A stretch of 63,779 nucleotides of DNA, counting the filler. It is 6 parts of 6 records of this genome, joined end to end, with 100 filler letters (N's around TTAATTAATTAA, not from the genome) between each part and the next. Parts side by side here need not be neighbours in the genome. Positions count along the whole stretch, not along the records: positions 25,199 to 36,897 come from DRR723986_7430; positions 36,998 to 49,874 come from DRR723986_7431; 4 more parts are not named here. The stretch is one strand, 5' to 3'. Below the pieces are notes generated by a model that saw nothing but the letters and a program-made list of their open reading frames with translations, searched no databases and was not told the DNA's origin. This document shows positions 28,972 through 39,044 of the stretch, piece by piece (the stretch's first letter is position 1; every line of letters begins with the position of its first letter). The position numbers and the translations under genes were made by a program.

Positions 28972-29994
28972 ATGCCCAAGTGGTTGCTGCTGGCCCTGCC
29001 CCTGTTCATCTCAGGCTGCCTGTTTGATGAAGACCCAGAAGTCTTGCGCCTGTCGGGTAAAACGATGGGCACCACCTATAACATCACAGCAATCGGCGTG
29101 GATCTTGACGATGACGACATAGCAGCCGCGGTCGAAACATCGCTGGCTGGTGTGAACGCCAAGATGTCGAACTGGGATCCCAAATCCGAAGTGTCGACTT
29201 TTTCCGCGTCACCCAAGACCGAGCCAACATCAGTCTCGGCGGAATTTGTGACCGTGATGACAGCAGCCAACACCGTGCATGATCAAAGCGGTGGCAAGTT
29301 CGATGTCACCCTTGGCCCCCTGATCGAACTTTGGGGTTTTGGTCCCCGCAAACCCGAAGATCCCATTCCCTCGGATGCAGATATCACCGCCGCCCTCAGC
29401 GCCGTCAGCCAATCCAAGTTACTGACATTGGACGCAGACAAAGGCACGCTCGCCAAATCGGCAGCAGGCGTGGGTATCAACCTGTCCGCCATCGCCAAAG
29501 GGTATGGCGTGGATGCGGTGGCCGAAACTCTGGGCGGTTTCGGGATCGAGAATTACATGGTCGAGATTGGTGGCGATCTGGTCACCAAAGGTCAGAACGA
29601 CAAAGGCGAAGATTGGCGCATCGGAATCGAAAAGCCCGACGCAGCCGCGCAAACCGTTCAACTGATTGTACCCGTCAGCGATTTTGGCCTGGCGACATCC
29701 GGGGACTATCGGAATTTCTTTGAACAGGATGGCGTGCGCTATTCCCATATCATCGACCCAACCACCGGACGCCCGATCACCCATCGCACGACCTCTGTCA
29801 CTGTTGTCGCAGGCAACGCGATGATGGCAGATGCCTGGGCAACCGCGATGTTGGTGTTGGGACAGGAAGATGGGCTGAAAGTGGCCGAAGCCAATGAACT
29901 TGCCGTGTTCTTCATCTCTAGGGATGGGCAAACCGGGTCCGAATCCTATAACACAGCGCAGAGCAGTGCGTTCACCAACCTGCTCAGCAAATAA
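28972..29994 (+). CDS. apbE: FAD:protein FMN transferase (lipoprotein)
   Basis: Lipobox ISGC, GKTMGTTY, LSAIAKGYGVD, EIGGD, ATSGDYRN, YSHIIDP, ADAWATA; nqr context. Confidence 0.95.
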   Translation: MPKWLLLALPLFISGCLFDEDPEVLRLSGKTMGTTYNITAIGVDLDDDDIAAAVETSLAGVNAKMSNWDPKSEVSTFSASPKTEPTSVSAEFVTVMTAANTVHDQSGGKFDVTLGPLIELWGFGPRKPEDPIPSDADITAALSAVSQSKLLTLDADKGTLAKSAAGVGINLSAIAKGYGVDAVAETLGGFGIENYMVEIGGDLVTKGQNDKGEDWRIGIEKPDAAAQTVQLIVPVSDFGLATSGDYRNFFEQDGVRYSHIIDPTTGRPITHRTTSVTVVAGNAMMADAWATAMLVLGQEDGLKVAEANELAVFFISRDGQTGSESYNTAQSSAFTNLLSK

Positions 29995-30021
29995 GTCACG
30001 AGATCAAAGCGAGACCGCGAA

Positions 30022-30264
30022 ATGGCAACTTTTTTTCTGGCCTTCTTTATTCTGGCTCTGGTCATGATTGGCATGTCCCTTGGTGTCATGCTGATGGGCA
30101 AGACCATCAAAGGCAGCTGTGGGGGTTTGAACGCAATTTCAGGTGCCGACAAATGCGTTGTCTGTTCCAAAGACGTTGATCCAGACAGCCCGCTTCGTGA
30201 CAAGTTGCAGTGCCGTCGCGCGCGTCAGATGGTCGAACAAATGAACGCGGAACAATCGAGCTAA
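30022..30264 (+). CDS. nqrM: Na+-NQR maturation factor
   Basis: Single TM then IKGSCGGL...C..C; follows apbE. Confidence 0.9.
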   Translation: MATFFLAFFILALVMIGMSLGVMLMGKTIKGSCGGLNAISGADKCVVCSKDVDPDSPLRDKLQCRRARQMVEQMNAEQSS

Positions 30265-30400
30265 CAGCGCGAAAAACGCTGTCTCACCGTAACGTTACTC
30301 CGGATCAGGGTAAAAATAGTCCTTCGATAACAATTCCCAAATTGCTTCTTTGTGGCGACCACCATTAGGATAAATTTGAAATTGTTTAAGAGGCATTGTT

Positions 30401-31972
30401 TTGATTTGGTATGACGAGAGTGCGGCGCGCCGCAATGAGCGATATGCGATTTGGGATAAACGTGTCGAACAAGACGGTACCCCCGAAGCCATCCCACAAA
30501 AATATGCTCGTGAGCTTCAGTCCAAAATAGCCGGCAAAGTCGTGCTGCCGGGCGATCCGGATTACAACACGGATCGCATGGTCTTTAACCCCCGGTTCTC
30601 GGCCTACCCCCAAGCGATCGTTTATTGTGTCAGCCCCGCCGATGTCTCTGAATGCCTGCACGTGGCGCGCGTGCTGGAACTGCCCGTGGTTGTTCGGTCT
30701 GGCGGTCACAGCACCGCCGGGTTCTCATCGCAAAGCGGATTTCTTATCGATGTCAGCGAGCTGAACGACGTCGGCATCTACCCCGAAGCGGAATGTGCAT
30801 GGGTTGGACCCGGTACAACGTTTGGCAAGTTCAACAAACATCTGCAGGCTTATGGATACCACACCCCGGGCGGCGCCTGCCCCTCGGTCTGTGTTGGTGG
30901 ATACATGCAGGGCGGTGGCTACGGGTTCACGGCGCGTATTTTTGGCATGAACTGCGATCAGGTACAGGCCGTGCGCGTCATGCTGTCAGACGGGCGCATC
31001 GTCTATGCAGATTCGGAGTGGAACACGGATCTCTACTGGGCCGTACGCGGCGGCACCGGCAGCAATTTCGGCGTTTTGCTTGCGGTCAAATACAAGATCT
31101 ATCCGTTGAACAGTTTTGCCGGATTTTCGATCTGTTGGTCCATGGCTGGCGCTGAGGGGGAAACCCAGACGGCAAATGCCTTGGCATGGCTGCAAGCCAA
31201 CTTCATGCGCGACGGTGCGCCTGACCAGTTGGGCTATCAAATGATCTGGGCCTATCAAGGTGCAGAAGGGTCACCCAAAGAACCCATGCTGTTGATGCGG
31301 GGCATGTACAACGGATCGACCGAAGAGATGCGCAACGTGATCGCGCCCGTTTTGGATCAGCCCGGCGCAGTGCTGCAAACCGTCTATGACCCGATGCCCT
31401 ATGAGGCGTTGAACGAAGCCCTGCTTAGCAAACCCTATGAGATCCCCGAATTCCCAAAGGATTTCCCGTTCCCGCCACGCGAAGCCAAGCTGAGCAGATA
31501 CTTGGATCAGCTGCTTACAGCGGATGACTGGCTCAAGTTGGTGCAGTATTACGTCAGCACCCCCAACCAGACGGCCATCGCCGCAATGGAAATTTACGGC
31601 GGGGCGATTGCCACGCCGGAACGCACAAATGCGTTTATCCATCGCGATGTGTACTGCGACATCTTCTTTGACGTCTTTTGGGCAAACGACACGGACAAAG
31701 AGCAAATGTTGGCCTTCTCCCAGGGCTGGGCAGATACGATCGCCCCGTATTGGGGTGGACGCGTCTATCAGAACTATCCGTCCCCAGATAACCCTGACTT
31801 TGGTGAAAACTATTGGGGGCCTTATTATCCCGTTTTGCGATTTATCAAATCCAAATATGATCCGCTGAACCTGTTCCGCTATCCCCAAAGCATTGCCCCA
31901 ACCGATCGTCTGGACGAAGACATGGGCGTCCTTGGGTTGGATAAACCCATTCAACACGCCCACCGGTCCTGA
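30401..31972 (+). CDS. Berberine-bridge-enzyme-like FAD oxidase (likely bicovalent FAD)
   Basis: VRSGGHS (His-FAD), GACPSV (Cys-FAD), GGGYG, DLYWAVRGG, C-terminal YQNY..YWG..IKSKYDP. TTG start uncertain; no signal peptide. Confidence 0.88.
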   Translation: MIWYDESAARRNERYAIWDKRVEQDGTPEAIPQKYARELQSKIAGKVVLPGDPDYNTDRMVFNPRFSAYPQAIVYCVSPADVSECLHVARVLELPVVVRSGGHSTAGFSSQSGFLIDVSELNDVGIYPEAECAWVGPGTTFGKFNKHLQAYGYHTPGGACPSVCVGGYMQGGGYGFTARIFGMNCDQVQAVRVMLSDGRIVYADSEWNTDLYWAVRGGTGSNFGVLLAVKYKIYPLNSFAGFSICWSMAGAEGETQTANALAWLQANFMRDGAPDQLGYQMIWAYQGAEGSPKEPMLLMRGMYNGSTEEMRNVIAPVLDQPGAVLQTVYDPMPYEALNEALLSKPYEIPEFPKDFPFPPREAKLSRYLDQLLTADDWLKLVQYYVSTPNQTAIAAMEIYGGAIATPERTNAFIHRDVYCDIFFDVFWANDTDKEQMLAFSQGWADTIAPYWGGRVYQNYPSPDNPDFGENYWGPYYPVLRFIKSKYDPLNLFRYPQSIAPTDRLDEDMGVLGLDKPIQHAHRS

Positions 31973-31975
31973 TCT

Positions 31976-34900
31976 ATGGGAGCGGGATCGACCAATGCTG
32001 CCGCCATTGTGGCCTGGCTTGCCGATCTGGCTTTAGAGCACTACGCCCCCGCGTTTATTGAGGCAGACATCGACACCGATGTTCTGCCTCATCTCACGGA
32101 TGCGGATCTCAAGGAATTGGGTGTTGCCTCGCTTGGGCACAGACGTAAGATCATGGCCGCCTCTGCCCCGTCCATTCCCGAACCTAAGGCCGAAGACCCC
32201 GTCGGTGAGCGGCTTTATCTGACGGTTGTATTTTGTGATCTCGTCAATTCGACACGGCTTGCCTTTGAACAAGGCGCGGAACGGTTTAGCGAATTGTTGT
32301 CGGATTTCTATCAGGGGGTCGAACAGGCCGTCACACCCTATGGCGGGCATATTGCGCAATATCATGGCGATGGCGTTCTGGTCTATTTTGGCTATCCCGA
32401 TCCGTTAGAGGACGCCGCCCCGCGCGGTGTTGAATCCGCCTGTTCGATTATCTCGTCGGTGACCAAACTGCATACTCCGGATGGCGAGCCGCTTGCGGTG
32501 CGGATCGGCGTCGCCAGCGGGCCGGTCGTGGTGAATGATCAACACCCAGAATCTGTGGTTCGTTCAGGCCGTGCCTATGGCGTGGTCGTCAATCTGGCGG
32601 CGCGGCTACAAGCCGAAGCCGCCACCAACAGCGTTGTGTTATCAGGCACCACGGCGGCGTTGTTAGGTGATCGCTTTGAACTGCACCCTCTGGGTCTCAG
32701 GCTTCTTAAAGGCATCGAAGCCCCCTGTCGCCTGTATCAGGTCAGGGATCAAAAGGCCCCTGAAACCGCGCGCCAGCTGCCTTGGATGACAAGCACTGGC
32801 GCCTTTATCAATCACGAAGAAGAACTCAGAACGCTTTCGAAGCAATGGGCCAAGGTCCAAAGGGATGGATTTGCGTTGACCACCGTCACCGGTGAACACG
32901 GCATTGGAAAATCCCGGATGATATCCGAGTTTTTGAAACAACATCACCTCGGCCACGGGGCCGCGCGCCGGATTGTGTGTCAACCTCAGGGCAGCCACAT
33001 CCCCTTTCACACATTCCGCCAAGTCTTGGCCATGGATCGGGATGCGGGACAAAACCAAGCGTCTGAAATTTTGCTGGCCTTGGATGAGATCGCGATCAGC
33101 CCACAAGCAGAGCGTCACCAACGCCGGGCGCGTGTCCTGTCTGATCTGGTGGACTATCTTACCGGCCTTGAACGCAATCCTCGTGTTCTGTGGTTCGATG
33201 ACCTGCATTGGGCGGATCCTTCAACGTTAGAGGTGTTGCGCGCGCTCGCCCTGTCCGCCCCGACTGGGTTGATGCTGATCATCAGTGCCCGAGATACCGC
33301 ATTGGATCGCCAGTATTCCATGGTGCCAAATGCGATCTCTATCGTTCTGGTTCCCTTGGACGACCAGTATACACACGAAATCGTCCAAGATCTTTTGGGG
33401 GACATCCCCGGCGGGGATCAGTTCATTGAGGCCCTGGTCCAGAGGGCCGAGGGCATGCCCATCTTTGCCGAAGAGCTGAGCCGTGAAATTCGCGCGCACT
33501 TGAACGAAACGAACCTGCACGACGGCTCTGTAGAACCAGAACAGGCCATTCCCTCCAGCTTACAACAAAGCCTACAGGCGCGCATTCGCCGCCTGAAGGC
33601 TGCGCGCCCCTTGATGCGGTTGGCAGCGGTTTGCGGACGTCAAAGCCCCGTTCCCTTGCTGCGTGACCTTTGGTCTGGCCCGGATAGAATTGAAACCGCC
33701 CTGAACGAGTTAGTGGATTCTGGCCTTGCTGATTTGCAAATTGGTGTCGGGCCAGATCAAGAGAACTGCCTGATCATTCGTCATCAGATGCTGTTGGATT
33801 GTGCCTATGATACCATCCTGTCGCGCGACCGGATCGTTCTGCACAACGATGTAATTGCCGCAATGGAACACCGTGCAAATCAAGGGCGCGACATCGAACC
33901 ATCGGTGATGGCAAACCAACTCGAACGCGCGCAACGCCCACAAGAAGCCGCAACGCAATGGGTTCAGGCTGGCCGAAACGCCGCCCTGCAATCAGCCGAC
34001 GCCGAGGCGGTGGCCTTGTATCGACGTGCATTGTCACTGATCCCATCCATTCCAAAAGACCAGAAAAACTGGACACGGCAATTCGAAGCCGACACGCTTT
34101 TGGCACTTTACCCTGCTGTGATTGGGGCCGAAGGATACCGTTCGGCGGACATCTCGGTCATGAACAGAATCCGCGGGCTGATCACGCAAACCGGCGGTGA
34201 ACAGCGGGTTTTCTCATCAATGTTCTTTCGGTGGATCGACATTCTGGCCCATGGGGATATCGACGTCGGGCACGACTTTGCCTTGAACCTATCTGACATT
34301 GCGAACCAAGAACCCACCGGCCTGCATCAAATGCTTTTGCACCGGATGGTGGGCACGACCCACATGTTACGAGGCGAATTTGACAACGCGCTTTGGCATC
34401 TTGACCGGTTCATTTCCAATTACAGGGCTGACATTCACGCCGACCTGATGCGTCCCTTTGGCGCCACGGACAACCACGCAACCGTGATGTCCTGTTTTTC
34501 AGCCATTCGCGCAATTACCGGCACGCAAGACGAGGCGAACCGCGCCATTGATGCCGCGTTGCAGGCCGCCGAACAAACCGGATTGGCCCATACCATGTGC
34601 CACACGCTTACTTTTGGCGCAGCTTTGCCATCCGCGTTACGTCGAGACTGGGATGCCGTCTCAAATTTCCGAGACCGCCTCCATAAGATTTCCTCTGAAC
34701 GTGATCTCGCGTTTTGGGCAATCTTTGACCGGATGCTGGCAGGGTTTTTGCAAATTGCCGAAGGGGCACGCGAACCGGGGTTCTCCCAAAGCGAAGACTG
34801 CTTCAACACGCTCAGAGACAATGATTTCCTGTTTCTGTTTCCAACATTCCGGACCGCCCGCGCCCTTGCTGAGCTGGAAACACCTGAAGGGCCCACCGAG

Positions 34901-34987
34901 GATTTGGCCGCTTTGGAGCAAACCCTCTCATTGGGCGAGCGCTGGATGCTGGTATATTTTAAGGAACTGCGCGAGCAAGCTCTATAG
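31976..34987 (+). CDS. SAM domain + class III adenylate/guanylate cyclase + STAND-type ATPase + TPR-like helices
   Basis: SAM: WL..L.LEHY..F..LTDADLKELGV..LGHRRKI; cyclase: FCDLVNST, GDGV, VRIGV, VNLAARLQ; Walker A GEHGIGKS; Walker B FDDLHWAD; GMPIFAEEL. Confidence 0.9.
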   Translation: MGAGSTNAAAIVAWLADLALEHYAPAFIEADIDTDVLPHLTDADLKELGVASLGHRRKIMAASAPSIPEPKAEDPVGERLYLTVVFCDLVNSTRLAFEQGAERFSELLSDFYQGVEQAVTPYGGHIAQYHGDGVLVYFGYPDPLEDAAPRGVESACSIISSVTKLHTPDGEPLAVRIGVASGPVVVNDQHPESVVRSGRAYGVVVNLAARLQAEAATNSVVLSGTTAALLGDRFELHPLGLRLLKGIEAPCRLYQVRDQKAPETARQLPWMTSTGAFINHEEELRTLSKQWAKVQRDGFALTTVTGEHGIGKSRMISEFLKQHHLGHGAARRIVCQPQGSHIPFHTFRQVLAMDRDAGQNQASEILLALDEIAISPQAERHQRRARVLSDLVDYLTGLERNPRVLWFDDLHWADPSTLEVLRALALSAPTGLMLIISARDTALDRQYSMVPNAISIVLVPLDDQYTHEIVQDLLGDIPGGDQFIEALVQRAEGMPIFAEELSREIRAHLNETNLHDGSVEPEQAIPSSLQQSLQARIRRLKAARPLMRLAAVCGRQSPVPLLRDLWSGPDRIETALNELVDSGLADLQIGVGPDQENCLIIRHQMLLDCAYDTILSRDRIVLHNDVIAAMEHRANQGRDIEPSVMANQLERAQRPQEAATQWVQAGRNAALQSADAEAVALYRRALSLIPSIPKDQKNWTRQFEADTLLALYPAVIGAEGYRSADISVMNRIRGLITQTGGEQRVFSSMFFRWIDILAHGDIDVGHDFALNLSDIANQEPTGLHQMLLHRMVGTTHMLRGEFDNALWHLDRFISNYRADIHADLMRPFGATDNHATVMSCFSAIRAITGTQDEANRAIDAALQAAEQTGLAHTMCHTLTFGAALPSALRRDWDAVSNFRDRLHKISSERDLAFWAIFDRMLAGFLQIAEGAREPGFSQSEDCFNTLRDNDFLFLFPTFRTARALAELETPEGPTEDLAALEQTLSLGERWMLVYFKELREQAL

Positions 34988-35680
34988 CTTTCCCAACAAT
35001 AGATCGAGATCCAGAAACGTGATCCTGCGCCGTTCGGTTTTGATCGCGCCCTCGGCTGACAGGCGCGCCATCACGCGGCTCACGGCTTCGCGCGTGGCCC
35101 CGATGTAGGTCGCGATTGCGTCATGTGTTGGGCTCGGCTCTAGCACGCCGCCAGTTTTCAGTTGCTCATGATCTTGGGCCAAACGAGACAACATAACTCG
35201 GACCCGCGTATCCACATCATGCACTACCAGTTCGAAAACACGCTCGGTCAGTCGTCGGTTCCGTTCCGCCAGATCAATGGTCAGGTTATGCGCGATTTCA
35301 GGCTGCCGGGCCATCCACGCGCGAAACACCGTCGCGGGCATCGACCCAAGTTGCGTTTTATTCGCCGCTGAAACCGTAATGGATCGGGGGCGCCCATCCA
35401 GCGCTGAAAGTTCCCCAAAATAGTGGCCCGCCTTGATTTCGGTATAGGTGACCTCGCGTCCCTGATCGGACATCAACAACCCCAGCAACCGCCCCGACAG
35501 TACGAAATGCACATCATCCGTTGTCTCGCCCTGCTCGACCACTGTTTGCCCCGGCAAGACCCAAGACAAGGAAAGATCGTTGGCGAATTTATCGACGGTA
35601 TCAGCCCCCAACCCAACAAACAAAGACATCTCAGACAGTGCGTCTGTTATCTGAGCCACGATTAAGTTTCCGTCCGCCAC
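34982..35680 (-). CDS. Crp/Fnr-family transcription factor with cNMP-binding cassette
   Basis: FGELSALDGRPRS cNMP pocket; HTH THDAIATYIGATREAVSR; no FNR cysteines. Confidence 0.92.
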   Translation of the reverse strand: MADGNLIVAQITDALSEMSLFVGLGADTVDKFANDLSLSWVLPGQTVVEQGETTDDVHFVLSGRLLGLLMSDQGREVTYTEIKAGHYFGELSALDGRPRSITVSAANKTQLGSMPATVFRAWMARQPEIAHNLTIDLAERNRRLTERVFELVVHDVDTRVRVMLSRLAQDHEQLKTGGVLEPSPTHDAIATYIGATREAVSRVMARLSAEGAIKTERRRITFLDLDLLLGKL

Positions 35681-36372
35681 GCCTATCGCCTCACTTAGAC
35701 CATTTACCGGGCCCAGCCAGAGCCCCTATCTTGACATACATTCTGCTTGTTCTGCTTTAAACGCAGCGATCCTGACTATGCCCTCAAAATATTGTGTTAT
35801 TTCAAGCCAATCTACAGTCTTTAGCAACCATTGATTGATGTTACCCAGCGGTAACTTCTCGTAATACACGACATTTTCAGCTTGGATCATCTGGAATCTG
35901 TTGCTGCTTATTTTACCATATTCTCACATCTAACGAAATCAAATCACCCGCCAATTGACCAGACACTATAATTCACCCGGACACCGGAAAATTCCCTAAG
36001 ATGTCGCAAATGCGTTTGATTTCAAGCCGGCACCTGTTCAGAGAAACACGCAAGGTTTCAGAACTGACTGCGTCGGAAAAAATTCACCACCGCATCGGAA
36101 AAGATTCATCCAACTTGGAGACATTACGTGACCCGCCTGCTTGACCTAGACCACCCGAATGGTGAAACCATAGGGCAACTCGGCTTAAAACGTGCGGCTC
36201 CTTTGGCCCAAATGTGATGGACCGTCTGCAGAGAAAGAGACCAACAATCAAACGGCAGATCCATGGTTTTGGATTGGATAAGCCCCCTATTTCGTTTTAA
36301 CCAGAGACAGGTATTCGCTACATTTGACGCTGCTCTGGCGACATTCGAACAGTTCAACAGAAAGGACACCCA

Positions 36373-36897
36373 ATGATGAGAACGCGCGCTGCTGTTGCGC
36401 TTGCCCCGGGCAAGCCGCTTGAAGTGATGGAAGTGAACCTCGAAGGTCCACGCGCCGGTGAAGTACTGGTCGAGATCAAGGCCACTGGCCTATGTCACAC
36501 CGATGAATTCACCCGCTCAGGCGACGACCCCGAAGGCATCTTTCCAGCCATTCTGGGCCACGAAGGCGCAGGCGTTGTGATCGAAGTCGGCGAAGGTGTC
36601 ACCAGCCTCGAAGTTGGCGATCACGTCATTCCGCTCTACACGCCCGAATGTCGCGAATGCGAATACTGTTTGAACCCCAAAACCAACCTGTGTCAGGCGA
36701 TCCGTTCGACTCAGGGCGCCGGTTTGTTGCCTGATGGCTCCACCCGGTTCTCGATGCTGGATGGCACGCCAATCCATCACTACATGGGCTGTTCGACCTT
36801 TGCCAACCACACTGTCGTGCCCGAAATTGCGCTCGCCAAGGTCCGCAAAGACGCGCCGTTTGACAAAATCTGCTACATCGGCTGCGGCGTCACCACC
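36373..36897 (+). CDS. frmA: S-(hydroxymethyl)glutathione dehydrogenase / class III ADH, 5' part
   Basis: [43 protein letters not shown]; truncated by linker. Confidence 0.95.
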
Positions 36898-36997
36898 NNN
36901 NNNNNNNNNNNNNNNNNNNNNNNNNNNNNNNNNNNNNNNNNTTAATTAATTAANNNNNNNNNNNNNNNNNNNNNNNNNNNNNNNNNNNNNNNNNNNN
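36898..36997. other. Artificial contig linker
   Basis: N44-TTAATTAATTAA-N44. Confidence 0.99.
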
Positions 36998-37152
36998 CAT
37001 GGTGACACTCCTGTTTCAATCGGCACGTGCCCCTCGCTAACATGCCCACCTCGCATGATCCACTGGCAAACCGGTGAGGGAATAGGGCCAAAAACCCAGC
37101 AGCCGCAATTGGTCAGGACCATCTATAGAGAGAACTCAACTTGCGGAGGGGT

Positions 37153-38167
37153 CTATTTGCACTTGCCCGTCGCCCAGGCCCGCAGCCCCTGTTTGAACAC
37201 CCCACCAAAGGGATGCGCCTTGGACAGTGCCCGAACGTTGTTGTCCTTGGTGTAGGTCATGCCCTGATCACAAAGCGCGGCATGGGTCCATTCGTGACAA
37301 TTTGAACAGCTCTGATCTTTCCACAATTCTTCGGGAATGCCCTCGATGGGCGGGAACATCGGCGCGAGTTGAACGATTTCGGCGATGCTGAGCCCTTGGA
37401 CGGGCGCACCGCCAGTGGGGAAAGGGGTCTGGAAAGTCAGGCCAGACAGATCCACAACCGCCGGGGTCGCGGGTTCCGCGGCGGTGGTTTCCTCTGCCGG
37501 GGCTTGGGTTGTGGATTGCGCCACCGCTGCCCGTTCGGCTTTTTCCTTGATGATTTTCAATTCAAACGCGGCCAATTCGGCATAGGTGCCTTGGGGAAAC
37601 ACATCCAGATAAGCCTGATAGTCAACCGCCGATCCGCTGCTTTTGTGCGGCGCCGATCAATTCGTCTTCGCTTACGCTGGGTGTTTGAGGGGCAGGGGCC
37701 TGCACCGTTAACGTGGCGACGGTGATCTCTTCGGTTTTGGGCGCCTCTTTTGTGCCGCTGTCTGGGCTGGCCGCAGGGGCGGTTCCCAATTCCTTTTCCA
37801 ACATCGCGGTCAGTTGCACGCGCGCCTCTTCCTGATAACGGCCCGCGGGATAGCTGCGCAGAAACAGCATCAACTGCACCGGATCTTCGCTTGTCTTGAC
37901 GGAATCCCAAAGCTGCTTTTCCTGCAATTCTTCGGCGGTCAACTGCGCCTTGGCCTCAAAAAAGAACTCCCCCGTCAGCGACGAGGTGTCCCAGGGTGTC
38001 TGGCGTCCGTTGGTTTCCTGGATGACCTGCACACGGGTGCGTTTGAAGGTCTGTTCGATGGGCAGGCCAGCGGTGTTGATATGCACCGCCAAGGCTTTGG
38101 TAAACGGGCTGTTTCCATCCAAACCGTCCAGCGCGACCGCACCGGGCGCGGTGAAGTAGGGCAGGAA
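37153..38167 (-). pseudogene. 5'-truncated, frameshifted caspase-like (peptidase C14) gene with a C-terminal CxxCH domain
   Basis: FLPYFTAPGAVALDG..NSPFTKAL..GRQTPW is the C-terminal half of a C14 domain. An in-frame TAA at 38177-38179 precedes it, so no catalytic His/Cys is encoded. Removing one base from the run at 37641-37644 joins ORFs 37622-38122 and 37153-37602 (AQSSGSAVDYQAYLDVFPQG). Confidence 0.8.
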
Positions 38168-38213
38168 TTGTTGTTTTTATGGGTTTAAGGGTGCGCGGCG
38201 CGGGCGGGCAGCG

Positions 38214-38960
38214 TTACCTCCGCAGGCTCATTGCCGCTTTGCGCAGGATATCCAGCACATGATCAAGCTGGCTTTGATCGTTGAAAGAATTGACCGATGC
38301 CGTGGTCGCCAAAACCGCCTGCGTTTGGGAAATCTGTTGAACGGGAACCGCGACACCGGCGGCGCCCATCTCAAATTCGTTTGCAGCATAAGCAAAACCC
38401 TGGGCCGCAGCCTTTTGGATCTGCGCGTCCAGGGCAGGGCGGGCCAGCGTCGTCTGTTCGGTGAACCGCTGCATTTCGCAGGCGTTGATAATCTGGTTGC
38501 GCGTCGGCTCTGAACAACTGGCCAGCAACATACGCCCAACCGCAGTAGGCAATAACGGCAAGGTGCTGCCAACCGACAACCCTAAGGACAGGCGGGCCGA
38601 GGGCACGGCAGATCGCGCCACATAGATTGCGCGGCTGCCGTCCCGCACCGCCAGCGCAATCTCTCCGTCCAGTTCTTTGGCAAATTGATCCAGCGTCGGC
38701 TGCGCGGTTTTGCCGATGTATTCCGCCTTGAGATATCCCCCCGCAATGGCCAGCACTTTGGGCGTCAGCCGCAAAACTTTTTCGTGTTTGTAAAGATAAC
38801 CGCTGCTTTGCAAGGTCAGGCACAACCTTCGGGCCGTGGCGCGGTCAAATCCGGTCAGCCGCGCGATGTCCGCCATGGTCAGATCACTGCGTCCGCCTTC
38901 AAAGCAGCCCAGAACAGCCAGACCTTTGGCGAATGTCGATGCAGTGTCACGCGGGCTCAT
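38214..38960 (-). CDS. IclR-family regulator, PcaR/PobR subgroup
   Basis: FAKGLAVL, ARLTGFDRATARR HTH, GSTLPLLPTAVGRMLL, EFEMG. Confidence 0.92.
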   Translation of the reverse strand: MSPRDTASTFAKGLAVLGCFEGGRSDLTMADIARLTGFDRATARRLCLTLQSSGYLYKHEKVLRLTPKVLAIAGGYLKAEYIGKTAQPTLDQFAKELDGEIALAVRDGSRAIYVARSAVPSARLSLGLSVGSTLPLLPTAVGRMLLASCSEPTRNQIINACEMQRFTEQTTLARPALDAQIQKAAAQGFAYAANEFEMGAAGVAVPVQQISQTQAVLATTASVNSFNDQSQLDHVLDILRKAAMSLRR

Positions 38961-38988
38961 GTTGACGGCGGTCCTCGTGTCAGGTTAC

Positions 38989-39024
38989 GTTCATATTGCG
39001 CATTATTGTTCGTATACCGCACAA
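38989..39024. promoter_or_regulatory. Tandem PcaR/PobR-type operator boxes in the divergent promoter
   Basis: GTTCATATTGCGCAT (38989-39003) and TTGTTCGTATACCGCACAA (39006-39024) resemble the PcaR/PcaU box GTTCGATAATCGCAC. Confidence 0.65.
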
Positions 39025-39044
39025 ATAGCAAAGGTTCAACATTC

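Noticed and set aside
35700-36370. Small ORFs in the Crp-frmA gap (36124-36369 minus; a 29-codon GTG ORF near 36128)
   Set aside because: No recognisable motifs and atypical composition; unsupported.
36998-37013. Minus-strand AGGAG...ATG at the contig start
   Set aside because: Probably a real gene start, but only the start codon is visible, so no product can be called.
38685-39044. 120-aa N-terminal extension of the Rieske ORF in the track
   Set aside because: It overlaps IclR antisense and the operator region; ATG 39045 is the plausible start.
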